Shown here piece after piece: positions 34,286 through 45,600 of a stretch of 64,000 nt of DNA (positions are counted from its first letter, which is position 1; each line of letters opens with the position of its first letter). Both the position numbers and the translations under genes were made by a program. Under the pieces are notes generated by a model. That model saw nothing but the letters and a program-made list of their open reading frames with translations. It was not told the origin of the DNA and ran no database searches. Source of the DNA: an uncultured virus (IMG/VR IMGVR_UViG_3300011008_000092) (Duplodnaviria; Heunggongvirae; Uroviricota; Caudoviricetes); the IMG/VR virus record IMGVR_UViG_3300011008_000092; one strand, 5' to 3'.

Positions 34286-36471
34286 TGACCGCCACTGCTA
34301 CCATAAAAAGACAGAAGGAGATACCCAAGCAATTGCTTGCGGATATTATCCATGAGGATGACCAGCGACTGGCCGTACTGAATGCCAGATACAATCCGAT
34401 CACTGGCGAGGATGCTCCTGGACTGCGCTTTGAAATGTCTATCAGCGACTTTCTGGAAGGGAAGATGTTGTACCTCCCTGTGGAAATGATGCTGGAGCCG
34501 TTTATCTGCGCTCTCATGAACTGTGGTTCATTCGACTTGTATATTGCTCGTTATCTCCCTGAAGGTGGTGACTACCAAAGTCAGCGTGAATCGGTCATCA
34601 GGTATTTCATCCGACTGCGCTGCAAATACGACTTCTACTTCTTCGCCTATGCCTATGGACGTATCAAAAACAAGGAAGGTGGTGCGGATATTCCTTTCTA
34701 CCTGCGTCCTGCTCAGGTCAAACTCTGCAAGATATTTGAACAGATGCGACTGGCTAACCATGCAATACTGGTCATATTGCTGAAATGCCGACAGTGGGGT
34801 GGCTCTACACTGACGGACATCTACATGGCATGGATTCAGATCTTCTGGAAAACAAACTGGAACTCGAATATCGTTGGTCACATGTCAACATCTGCATCCA
34901 ACGTGTTCGCCATGTACGAGAAATTGATTGATGCTATTCCTCTGTGGCTGTTCTATGACCTTGGCGAAGAGTATCCTGCAGAAGTGAAGAAATTCGCTGG
35001 CGTGGGAACTACACAGAATATCAAGGAGATGGTTCCTCGCCATTGCAAGATACAGACTGGTTCTGCTCTCAATCCTGAGTCAACACGTTCTGCGGACGCT
35101 GCTATGGTGCATCTGACGGAGGAAGCCTTCTTCCCGGAGACGGAGAAGCGTATGCCTGCACAGATAGCCTCAGCGTCATTCTCTTCCGTCAATACTGAGC
35201 TACCATACACCTTCATAGTCCGTGAGTCAACTCCTAACGGAAAGAACCACTACTATGACGAGTGGATGAAAACCAAGAAGGTCAATCCAAAGACTGGAGA
35301 AAGATTGTCTGCCTACATTGGAGTATTCGTGGCATGGTTTGAGATTGAGACGTACATGTCTCCGTTCAAGGATGAAGATGAACGTGCCGACTTTATCATT
35401 GAGCTGTGGCGAAACCGTAATGACAAACAGTATCATGGTGCATACCTGTGGTCACTGTGGGAGAAGGGTGCTTCCCTGGAGGGTATCAAGTGGTACAAGA
35501 ATAAGCTTAAAACGATGGCCTCTCTGGAGGAGATGCAACAGGAGTACCCATCGGACGATATAGAGGCTTTCCGTTTCTCAGGCAATCAAGTATTCGATAT
35601 GTATAAGGTGGAAGCCATGACAGAGGATTGCTACGCTCCCATCTTTGAAGGAGATATTGAAGGTGACTCTACTCTGCCTGACGTATTGCCAGAAGAAGCT
35701 GGATTTGTCACTCCAAGGTGTATGCAGAACGTACGCCTCATCGAACAGGCTGGTGGTCCACTGCGTATCTGGGAACTTCCAAATGATACAGAGCATGTGG
35801 AACATCAGTATGTGGTATCTCTGGATATTGGTGGCTCACATAAGACTTCCGACTACTATGACATGGTTGTGCTTGACCGGTATGACATGATGTTTGGAGG
35901 AACGGAGGCTATAGTGGCAGAGTGGCACGGACATGCCGACCCTGATCAGATGGCTATGAGAGCTGCACAGCTGGCTCACTTCTATAACGACGCTCTGCTG
36001 GTAGTGGAGAATAATACTGCTTACTCGAAGATGAACAATACTGATGGCGACGTGGCAGAGCTATTCTTCCCTATCCTTCGTCCACTGTATGAGAACATCT
36101 ATTCCAGCAATCACTCCAAACTGCTTAAGCACAGACAAAAGGAGACAAAACTTGGCTTCAATACTAACCGCAACAACAAACCTGCTATCATCAAGCATTT
36201 GGTGAAGCTGGTGCGTACGCATGACTATATCGAACATGAGAAAGAAGCTCTGACGGAAATGTCATACTACCTCTTTACGGATAAGGGTACTTATGAAGCT
36301 GCTCCTGGCTATCATGATGACCGTGTGATGTCCCGTGCCATCGGTCTGTGGGTGTCACGTATGGATATGGATACACCGTATATCGTTAACGAACCAACAG
36401 AGGAAGAGATGCAACGGGAGGAACGTCGGAAGATGGCAGAACACAAGAATACTATTATCGGAAACTTATAA
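34285..36471 (+). CDS. terL: Terminase large subunit
   Basis: LLKCRQWGGST (Walker A), VHLTEEAF (Walker B), ESTPNG, SLDIGG and HDDRVMS nuclease motifs. Confidence 0.92.
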   Translation: MTATATIKRQKEIPKQLLADIIHEDDQRLAVLNARYNPITGEDAPGLRFEMSISDFLEGKMLYLPVEMMLEPFICALMNCGSFDLYIARYLPEGGDYQSQRESVIRYFIRLRCKYDFYFFAYAYGRIKNKEGGADIPFYLRPAQVKLCKIFEQMRLANHAILVILLKCRQWGGSTLTDIYMAWIQIFWKTNWNSNIVGHMSTSASNVFAMYEKLIDAIPLWLFYDLGEEYPAEVKKFAGVGTTQNIKEMVPRHCKIQTGSALNPESTRSADAAMVHLTEEAFFPETEKRMPAQIASASFSSVNTELPYTFIVRESTPNGKNHYYDEWMKTKKVNPKTGERLSAYIGVFVAWFEIETYMSPFKDEDERADFIIELWRNRNDKQYHGAYLWSLWEKGASLEGIKWYKNKLKTMASLEEMQQEYPSDDIEAFRFSGNQVFDMYKVEAMTEDCYAPIFEGDIEGDSTLPDVLPEEAGFVTPRCMQNVRLIEQAGGPLRIWELPNDTEHVEHQYVVSLDIGGSHKTSDYYDMVVLDRYDMMFGGTEAIVAEWHGHADPDQMAMRAAQLAHFYNDALLVVENNTAYSKMNNTDGDVAELFFPILRPLYENIYSSNHSKLLKHRQKETKLGFNTNRNNKPAIIKHLVKLVRTHDYIEHEKEALTEMSYYLFTDKGTYEAAPGYHDDRVMSRAIGLWVSRMDMDTPYIVNEPTEEEMQREERRKMAEHKNTIIGNL

Positions 36472-36482
36472 ATATAAAAGTT

Positions 36483-36929
36483 ATGACTATCAAACAAAGA
36501 ATCAGGGCATTGATGCTGGCAGTATACAAGCCCTACATCGTACGAAAAGAGAAAATGATTGCTACCCGTATGTGGAAGCGTGGTGTGAAGGAATGTATTG
36601 CAGAGTACAAACGAGTGAATGGACCTCGCTTCTATCTCTGGTTTGACCGTAACTCCTTCCAGTTTATCCCCATTGTCTATGAACAGCGTCCGAAGGGGGA
36701 TGCCATTGCCATGAAGTACCTCATCCGTTCTCGTAAGGTGAAGATACGTCGGGAAATGAAGGTGGAGGATATGAAGCGTGAATGTTTCTACTATACTCCT
36801 TCCAGATGGGGAGCAATCGGATGTGACAGCGACAATAAGCTGCGTTTGAAGAAGTATGCTGAATGGATTAACTATTACATGACGGAGCTGTCAGAACCGA
36901 TGAAAAAAGTCAGGGCATTCAAGCCCTGA
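36483..36929 (+). CDS. Hypothetical protein
   Basis: 148-aa basic ORF after terL. Confidence 0.6.
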   Translation: MTIKQRIRALMLAVYKPYIVRKEKMIATRMWKRGVKECIAEYKRVNGPRFYLWFDRNSFQFIPIVYEQRPKGDAIAMKYLIRSRKVKIRREMKVEDMKRECFYYTPSRWGAIGCDSDNKLRLKKYAEWINYYMTELSEPMKKVRAFKP

Positions 36930-36951
36930 CCGACGGATAATATGCGGATGC

Positions 36952-38982
36952 TCAGTTAACTCCACCTATCACCGGCTGTGGTCCATCGCCTCTTCCTTGT
37001 TGCAGGTGTGTGGCTCCACCGGTGGCGGCCTGTGGCATGACTCCCGTCTGCGCTGTCTGTTCCAACATGCGCTGCTGGTATTCTTCGTAACGTTTCTTCA
37101 GGCGGGCGGTATTCGTCCAGTAGCCACAATCCAGCATGGTTGGCAGGTCTATCTTGTTGTTGAGCATCAACTGCCACAACATGTCGTTGTTGGTCTCTCT
37201 CATCACTGCACTGTTGGCATCCATGTCAAGTGTCAGGTCAAAGTTCACGTCCATCATCGTCTCCGGGTTGTAATACTGCTTGAAGTCCTCACCACTCACT
37301 TTGACACTCCTGTGTGAATCGTAGAACTGCTGTATCTGCCATAACTGTATCTTGCAGACTCGCTTCTGGAAGCTGTAGAACGCTCCAAAGTAGTCTGCAA
37401 CTGTCGTGGCTGCACTCTCACGCTCCATCTGGTATTGCTTGCCACTGGTGTTCCTGTGAACACCCTGCAAGGCTCCCTGGACTCCTGACTGACTCACTAC
37501 AATACTCTGGTTCTGGTTAATCATCCAGTCAAGTCCTTGTGGCAAATGATTCTGTGCCAACGGCTTTGGTGCCTCGCCTTTTTCACTATTATAGATGACA
37601 ACACCATTGGGCTTCGTGGCGTTAGCTATCATTTCGTCTAGTCCCTGTAGCGGAGTGACGCTCTTGGAGTCTATGGCAACTCCCTTCATGGCGTGACCAA
37701 GCAGACTGTCAAGCATCAGCATGTAGTGGTTAGTGGCATTCTGTTTATCCTCACAACGGTCAATGAAACTACGGATCTCTCCCTGTAGGCAGGGGTATGC
37801 CAGGAATGCGTATGGCTGATAATAGAAGCTGTAGCCGTCCCTTGTTACCTTGTATGGGCTGCATCCTTCTTTCAATAGATAGCCGTTAGGACTCAGGAAT
37901 CTGTAGTACCAGAACTCCTCTATGTCTATCCTGTATTCTATCAGCTGAAGGTGATCGGGATCTACATAGTACATCTCGTTCCCTTCTGCATCGAGAATGG
38001 GAAGTCCGTTCTCATCCCTCATCACATTGTCATGCTTCCTGCGCTCGTTCTCAGCTTCAATGGCATCCCTTTCGCTCAATGGCCTGTAACCGACATCAGC
38101 TGTGGCCCTGTCATGGCACCACAATGCCCTGTTACGCTCTAGTGTCCATATTTCCACCACTCTGTATTTTCCGATGGTGGATGAATGGTAGAAGTCATCT
38201 GAGTCGTTGGCGTTATTGAAACCTGTATGCCGGAGCGACTGGATACGGTCTGTCTCTGCCTTGTATATCTGCTTCAGCTCTTCCTCTGCTTTACGGCTGG
38301 CATTGCCGTTCTCGTCTTTACAGAAGATGCGAAGAATGTCACTCCACTCCATATCATGAGCCTCGGCAATAAACTTGATGTCGCTAAGGTCACTCTTCTC
38401 AAATGGGGGAAGAGCCAGCTTGTAGATGTCTTTCTGTTCCAGATAGATGTCATCCCTACCCTGTCGGTAATCATGGTTAACCTTAACACACAGGAAAGCG
38501 TAGATCAGAAATTTCTCAAACAACTCAGAATTGAGCTGACTGCGCTCATTCAGGGTGTCATTCTGCTTCAGCAGCTCAGAGAAAATGGCTGCAAACATAT
38601 CCTCATCGGCATCGGTGCTCTTGCAGGTGCAGCTCATATTCTCCTGTCTCATCAGTCCTTTCAGCGTCAACACCTTATCACTGATGATGTCGTTCTGGAA
38701 CTCTGGAAGTCCTCTGAGTTTCAGCAGATCTTTCACCTTTACCTTTCTGCCGTTATAGATAACCTCATCATCCAACTGCCTGCCCATATAGTAGTTGTTG
38801 GCTCTGGTCCACTTCTTACGTAAAGGTGACATGTCATCATAATAATGAGCTGCCTTCTGCATCAGCTTCCTGTAGAAGCCGTCGTTACTGAAATGCTTGT
38901 GCTCATGTCCACTCAAGGAGTCCATGCCTGCCTCATATTCTCCAGTTATTGGATTTTCAAGTCCGTTATTCGCATATACCAT
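36952..38982 (-). CDS. Portal protein (probable, P22-like size)
   Basis: About 676 aa; NYYMGRQ, YRVVEIW, SGVQGALQG and TSG motifs; Q-rich tail; start MVYANN after promoter. Confidence 0.75.
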   Translation of the reverse strand: MVYANNGLENPITGEYEAGMDSLSGHEHKHFSNDGFYRKLMQKAAHYYDDMSPLRKKWTRANNYYMGRQLDDEVIYNGRKVKVKDLLKLRGLPEFQNDIISDKVLTLKGLMRQENMSCTCKSTDADEDMFAAIFSELLKQNDTLNERSQLNSELFEKFLIYAFLCVKVNHDYRQGRDDIYLEQKDIYKLALPPFEKSDLSDIKFIAEAHDMEWSDILRIFCKDENGNASRKAEEELKQIYKAETDRIQSLRHTGFNNANDSDDFYHSSTIGKYRVVEIWTLERNRALWCHDRATADVGYRPLSERDAIEAENERRKHDNVMRDENGLPILDAEGNEMYYVDPDHLQLIEYRIDIEEFWYYRFLSPNGYLLKEGCSPYKVTRDGYSFYYQPYAFLAYPCLQGEIRSFIDRCEDKQNATNHYMLMLDSLLGHAMKGVAIDSKSVTPLQGLDEMIANATKPNGVVIYNSEKGEAPKPLAQNHLPQGLDWMINQNQSIVVSQSGVQGALQGVHRNTSGKQYQMERESAATTVADYFGAFYSFQKRVCKIQLWQIQQFYDSHRSVKVSGEDFKQYYNPETMMDVNFDLTLDMDANSAVMRETNNDMLWQLMLNNKIDLPTMLDCGYWTNTARLKKRYEEYQQRMLEQTAQTGVMPQAATGGATHLQQGRGDGPQPVIGGVN

Positions 38983-38997
38983 AGTCGTAATTTTTTC

Positions 38998-39081
38998 GCA
39001 AATATACCTTATAATAATCATGATGCTCTGATAAATTGCGCAATTTATCATTTACAAGGGGTTTATAATAAGTATCTTTGC
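38998..39081. promoter_or_regulatory. Divergent late promoter pair sharing palindrome TGATAAATTGCGCAATTTATCA (39029-39050)
   Basis: Perfect 22-bp palindrome with a TAnnTTTG 22 nt away on each side. Confidence 0.85.
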
Positions 39082-39106
39082 AACAGGAATTTTTATTTTT
39101 ATTACT

Positions 39107-39553
39107 ATGGCTAAGAAGATTAAAATCATCGAGTGCTGCGTATTGACTAAGGACGACAAAGGCGCACTCTCCCTCGTTGGCAAGGCTAAGGAGGCTATTA
39201 CGTCGCTCATCAAAAACAAGATTGATGTGACTATCGCCCTTACTGATACATCCAAGGAGGATGCGGAGAAGTTCCTGAAGGAAAGCAATATCGAAGGTTG
39301 TAACTTCATTGAGCTGCCAAAGGAGGATGAGAAGTATGATGCCGTCGTGGTTGGCGGTTCTAACGTCATCACACTGCACTCTGACTGGAAATGGACATTG
39401 GAAGATGTTATCCGCCATCTGTTCGACGGTAAGGATGACAAACCTAAGTCTGAACAGCAGCAGATGGATGAGATGGTCAAGAGCATCAAAAAACTGACTG
39501 AGGAACGTAACAAGAAAATCAAGTCAGGAGAATTAGAAGCAACCATTTACTAA
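39107..39553 (+). CDS. Hypothetical protein (degenerate HAD-like fold possible)
   Basis: Own promoter and terminator; alpha/beta pattern without DxD. Confidence 0.6.
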   Translation: MAKKIKIIECCVLTKDDKGALSLVGKAKEAITSLIKNKIDVTIALTDTSKEDAEKFLKESNIEGCNFIELPKEDEKYDAVVVGGSNVITLHSDWKWTLEDVIRHLFDGKDDKPKSEQQQMDEMVKSIKKLTEERNKKIKSGELEATIY

Positions 39554-39632
39554 AAACTCCAGTTGTGGAGTTGCCACATAAAATATTAACTTTACAATTT
39601 TAGTTATACTTATGTCGAATTAGGTTTATATC

Positions 39633-39665
39633 AAAAAGGGAACGTTGTGAAACGCTCCCTTTTTT
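39633..39665. terminator. Bidirectional terminator
   Basis: AAAAAGGGAACGTT-GTGA-AACGCTCCCTTTTTT between convergent genes. Confidence 0.8.
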
Positions 39666-39678
39666 GTGTTATGTTGCG

Positions 39679-42600
39679 TCATTGACGCAATTCATCAGCC
39701 TCTTTCAGTAACTGACTACGTGCCTCACGGATACGCCTCATCACTGATTCGCTGTCATCACCACCAAGTTCAAGCTTCATTTCCTTCAGGTCTCGCCTGT
39801 ACTCGTTGATGCGCTCCCTAAGCTCCAACCAATAGTCATTCCTTTCCTCGAAATCGCTGGTATCCTGCCCATCCTCCTCCATCTGTCGGAGTTGCTTGGC
39901 AATTTCACCACTCTTCTTGTAAAGGGTTGTTACCTTGTAGTCATCCCTCACGTCCTCTGCGGTGGACAGCCAAAGGTAGATACCCTCACCTTCCTTCAAC
40001 TGCTTACTGTCCATAGGCTGCATATCCTCATCACCCGTTCCAAGGATTCCTTTGGCTTTCTCGGCAAACTCGAAACTGTTCATCTGGTCATAGTTGCTCT
40101 CTGCCAGGTACTTCTTCAATTTGCGCTGCCAGTACAGCTTTTCGGTATGGCTCTGCGCATTATTGAACTTCTCCCATGCTCCCTGAAGGTCTTTCACACC
40201 ATCTGCCAGTTCCTGACGTTCTGCTGCCTTGACGCTCCTGAGAGCTGCATCTAACTGCTGCTGCGGGTCGATGCCGTTCAGTACACAGCTCTTGTAGGTC
40301 AGCTCCATGCCTTGCTGGTCATCGGTAAGGATACAGTGCTTGAAGTAGTCCTGTGCCTTCCACTTGGAGAATCCTTTGCTGGATGGGAATACAAGATCTA
40401 TGGCTTTCCATTCCTTACCTTCCTGTGTCGGTACTATGAATGGCAGGAACTTAGAGGCTGTCTTGACAACGAGTCCAAGGGGTTTGCCGTACTTCCTCTT
40501 CAACTCTTCGTCTTGATGGGTGGCCTTGTATGGGTCGAGATAGGTAATATCATCCCAGAAGATTCCGATGTTCGGATTGGCCTTACCCATCATCCTCTTT
40601 ACAAGTGGCCCGGGTACTTCCAACTCGCCTTTCTCATTCGTCCACAACTCTGGGAACTCACGGAACTGCTTACCCCATCTGATATAGGTCTCTGTACCGT
40701 CCTCATAGCGTCCTATGAACATGTGTGTGGTCTGCCCATTGGCATTACCCATCATCAGATAGTCATACCACTTCATACCGTCAGGGGCTATCAGGTCGTA
40801 TTTCGACTTATAGGATGGATCGGCTGCTGCCTTCTCTCGCTCTTCTTCCTCATCCTGCTTGCGGAATATGGCATTGGCGAGATTACTCAGCATCATGGCA
40901 CCGAACAGTACTCCGATGATGTAACACATCTTGGCGTTCTTACTACGGAATGCCCTGAAATCATTCTTCGGGATGTCTGCTCCGAATACTCGTTTCAGAT
41001 TATCGACATTGTATTTCACATATTCCCAGAAGCCACCGTCATTATACAGACTGCCAAAACCAAAGTTGGCGAAGAAGTGACGCTGTGTTGACAGGAGCCA
41101 GTCAGGTGACAGGAACAGTCGCTGGAGTCCTTCCAGGAGCTTCGGACTGACATCTATCAGTTCCCAGTACTGACCACCAAAGCAGTCATTGACGTACTGC
41201 CCAGCCTCATCAAGCATCTTATCCAATTTCTCATCATCCCATTCTTTCTTCTCTGCTTTAATCTTCAAGTCATCGGCAAACATCTTGAACATGGCAATCT
41301 TCAGTCCGTCATGCAGATAACTCCAAAGGAAAGTATCCATACCCTTGTTGATGGCATCGACGGCAAAGCCTACAACACCAAGTGGGCCAACTCCCACCTT
41401 ATCCATGCCAAAGCGTTTGTCCATATCGCTGGCAAACTGGCGGAACTTATCTGTCAGTCTCAACACGTCGGCTGCTGCATAGTCATCAGTGGCTCCCAGC
41501 TTTACCAGATGACTGGCTGCAAGCTTGAAGTCCTCAGGATTTGCCATTGCAGGAAGTTCACCTGTACGAATACAATCATACACAAGACTTCTTAGCAATT
41601 GCTTCATGGCTCTGACGGGTCCTTCGCCTGCCATTCCTTGTGCCAGATACACCTCTGTCAGTGCTCCTGCGTGGAAGAAACTCCAACTCAACTGAATCTT
41701 CTTGGCGGTGGAACCTATCAGGTCATAGACTTTCAAGAGCTTCTGTTTCACGGCTTTTTCGCCTGGAGTGGTGACAGGGCCAAAGACGTTGGCAAACTTC
41801 GATGCTGCCTCTTTATATACCCAGATGTCACCTATTCCTGGAACATAGAAGGTGCTGTAGCGGTCACGTACCAGTCCGTCGGGTTGATTGCTGTAGAGTA
41901 ATGGCGTATTCAGTACCACCTCACCATCACTGTTCACCTCCTGAATGTTCAGACAACTCAGATGCTGCATCAGTCCTTTGTTGGCAACTGCCTCATTATT
42001 GCTCGTGGAGTAATATGCCATAATGTCAGTCAGTTTGTCAAACTTGGGCTTCAATCCAAGGTCGATACCTACCTGATAGCTCTCTATCATCCTCTGCTTC
42101 ATGTTAGGCGACCTCAGACGCTGGTACTGCTCTACATACTTCTCCCATGCCTTGGGGTCACTCTTCTCCTTATCCCAGACGTGGTTCACATAGCCTTCTT
42201 CGATATAGCCTGCCTTGCCTCTGAGTCCTGCATCATCCAGTACGTGGTAAAACTCATCATACCAGTCCTTAATGGTGTCAAGGAGACTTTGCAGTTCTGG
42301 AGTGCGCTTGATGGGCAGTTGGTCACTGATGTCATTAATGGCAATCACGTTGCCTTTCTCATCCCTGATAATCTCATCAAAGTAGGTATCCTCTATGATG
42401 AATGGCAGAGCACTGTTCAGCTCTTCTGGCTTCACGCCCTGTAACTTGGCCACATGGGCAATCTGCTTACCCAGCTGATGCAGGAATACGGCATCTTCGG
42501 CATTACTGCTCTCTAAGTCCTTTCTGCGCTCAATAATGGCCATCTTCACATGATGCTTGGCTCCTTCAGGAGTGGTGTCTGTACCGGTAGCCTCACCAAG

Positions 42601-45600
42601 TTCCCTGAGCATACGTGCGTCTATCTCACTCTCTGTTATCGGGTCTCCTGGCTCAATACCATTGCCCTCATAGAGATTGATGTCTACGTTCTCTTCTTCC
42701 CTGATGTCGTTACGACGCTTCCAGTCGGCATAAGCCTGCCTCCAATCCTTCATAGCCTGTGGCTCCCAGCCAAAGATAGGCTGCAAGGGGTCTCCACTCT
42801 GCATCTCACGCTCATAGGCTTCATGCAGCCGGATACGCTCCATATAGTCGGCATCACTCTCACCTGACTCACGACGTGGCATACCCATATCGTCATAGTC
42901 CTCTGGCAGTCCGTGACTCCTGTTCCACTGCTTCCTGTACTCGTCATACTCTGCTGTCATAGCGTCGTTGTCAATCTCAGGCATTTGTGGCTCCGGGTCT
43001 TGCTCCTCTGCAATCCTCCTGCGCTCCCATTCCCTGAGACGCTGGAAATACTGAGCCTGACTCTCATTATTGCGCTTACGGGGCTTGCCACTGGCTCTCA
43101 TCGGTTCAAAGTGAGTCTCCTGCGTTGCAAGGTTTTCCCTTGCAGATGTGTCCAGTTTATTCCACTTCAACGCATCCCCTGTCTTAAGCACATAGTAACG
43201 AAGGTCATGATCATTCAGCAATCCTCTGATGCGGATATTCATAGCCTTCAGCAGACGGATAAGGTAGTGCTTGGCTTTTGTCCACAAGTCAAACTCCTCT
43301 GGAGTGGCAGGACCATCGGCTGCGATGTCAGAGAAAACTTCCTGAGCTGCCTTGCTCCAACGCTCTCTGTCATCCATCTTCCATCCTTCTTCTTCAGCAC
43401 GGTCAACCATTTTCCTGCGAAGAGTTTTGCCAGCACTTCCAAAGAGGAAATTACCAAACTTCATCACGGCTTCATTAGATCCTAATAATGCTTTCAGCCC
43501 TTCATGACCAAGCTTCTCATGGAACACTACTCGCTTTGCCTCATCGATACTGTCAATGTTGTCAACGAGAAGGCTAACTTCTCCTGTGTTCGGGTCATAG
43601 ATACCCTTGGTTCCCATGTGCATCTCGTGCCTCATATTCTCATCCTTTATACCGTCTGAGGATACAATATTCACTTTTACGCCACCAAGATTTTCTGCTT
43701 CCCTGTTGACTTCATCTATCATTTTTTGATGGTTTTCACCACCTTTCTGCAATTTTTTTGCATTTTCCTTTGCTTTATGCAGATTTATTAGTATCTTTGC
43801 AACATCTCCTTGGCGACGCTCCACCTTCGGGTCGGTCTTTAAGGCCTCGTCTTGGAGACTTTTTTGTGTTATTACCCCATGAAGATACAGCCTTTTCCCG
43901 TCAACAGCTCTCTTGACAATAGCCATACCGACATACCTTTCGCCGGCAATAGTGATTGGGGCAGCAATAATATACGATTCCGTCTGCTTGCCCTTCCATT
44001 CGTTCTTTTTGTCAATGATAACGCCCTGTTCTATAATGTCATGTACAGCTGCGAAGGTGGCTGCTTTGATTCGATTTAAGCCATGACCAATGTCATTCTT
44101 CACAGCTCTCTTGTCTAGCAGAATCTTACCTATATCCTGACGATTAGCTTCACCTCCATATTCTTCCATAAAGAATTTGGATACTGTGTCAACTATACTT
44201 TTATCTGACTTCTGGAACTCTGTACCAATAACATCAATTACGGACTCGCCATCAAAAAGGAAACGTCCCTTGGAGGCATCACTGTTGCCATTTGCAGCCA
44301 TTCTGCGAATTGTCTCACTCTTGAACTTCTCGTATGCCTCCATACATTTCTTACCCATACCCTTGTGAGGTGGCAGAATGTTCATACCTCTCTCAACAAG
44401 TATCGGCAACAGCTTCGGAGGAATGATGTCAAAGTGGATACCTTTCTCTCCCTGGAACTCCTTCACCCAGTCATCTGCTACCTCTTCCCAAGGTACAATC
44501 TCCTGTGGCTTATCCCAGCGACTCAGTATCAACTCACCTCCACCCCAAGGATGCTTGCCTACAGGAAGCTTGGCTTTCTCTGCCTTATAACCACCATCCA
44601 GCTCACTGACGGGGTACTTCGTCCTGATATATACAAGGTTCGGACGTTCCCATGCCTGCTTGAACTGTTTGTTGACCAAAGTGGGACGAATGTGAATATA
44701 AGGATTGTAGTCTACACCTCCGACTTCCTTGTTGCCTGGCTTGATAAGGTCTATCTTGCCATCCTCTGTAGCGAGATCAGGATTCTCATCACTGCGCTCC
44801 CATTTATCAAAAGCAAACATGGTTGTCGGTCTGCGGGCTACACCCTTCTTTCCAAGTCTGTTAGCCATCGGACTTCCTAAGCTGCCGTCATCATTCAGTA
44901 CGACATTCCTGTAGCCAATCTCCGTCGGCTCACTATCAAGACGCTTCACTGTCTCTGTATCATCCTCAATATGGAAGAGAATGTCATCCCTCATGCCAAC
45001 AGCTTCCATCGTGGCAAGCCTGCGGTTCTCATTGCTGATAGCCTCATCACCTGTATTGTCATAGGTCCTGACATCCAGTCCTGCATCCTGCAAAGCTTTT
45101 ACAACTTCTGCAGATGTGTTCTCTGGCACGATAGCCACAGTAAACTCATCCAGCATGACAGGACGCTTAAACTTGGTCTCAAAGTACCTCACGGGGGCTT
45201 CATTGGCATTCTCTATAAAGTTCATCAGCTCTGATGCAAGCTCGCTGTTCTTATTAATATGGTAGCCATACTCTTTGTTCATGTAGCCAATGGGGTCATT
45301 CTCCGTAATAGCTTCCTGCAGACGGGCCTCGGCTATATCAATGTTGATAAACTGGTTGCTGTCCACTTTCTGCATGTCGCTGACCTGACTGATGATGTTG
45401 AACCATATATCTTCCATCTCCTTCTGCTGCTCCTTGACCTGTTCGTCATTCTTCAGCAGATGACGGTGCTTGCGAATATCGGACAGGCTTTTCAGTTTCT
45501 TCAGCAGGCTGGACTTCGAGGCGTTGACACCTCCATTGCCATAGGCATTGGTGTCTGCCTCCTTGTTCATCAGCCTACTTGCGTTGGCTACAGTGTTCTT

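Noticed and set aside
43804..43866. tRNA
   Set aside because: Too short; lacks T-arm consensus and CCA; kept only as an sRNA candidate
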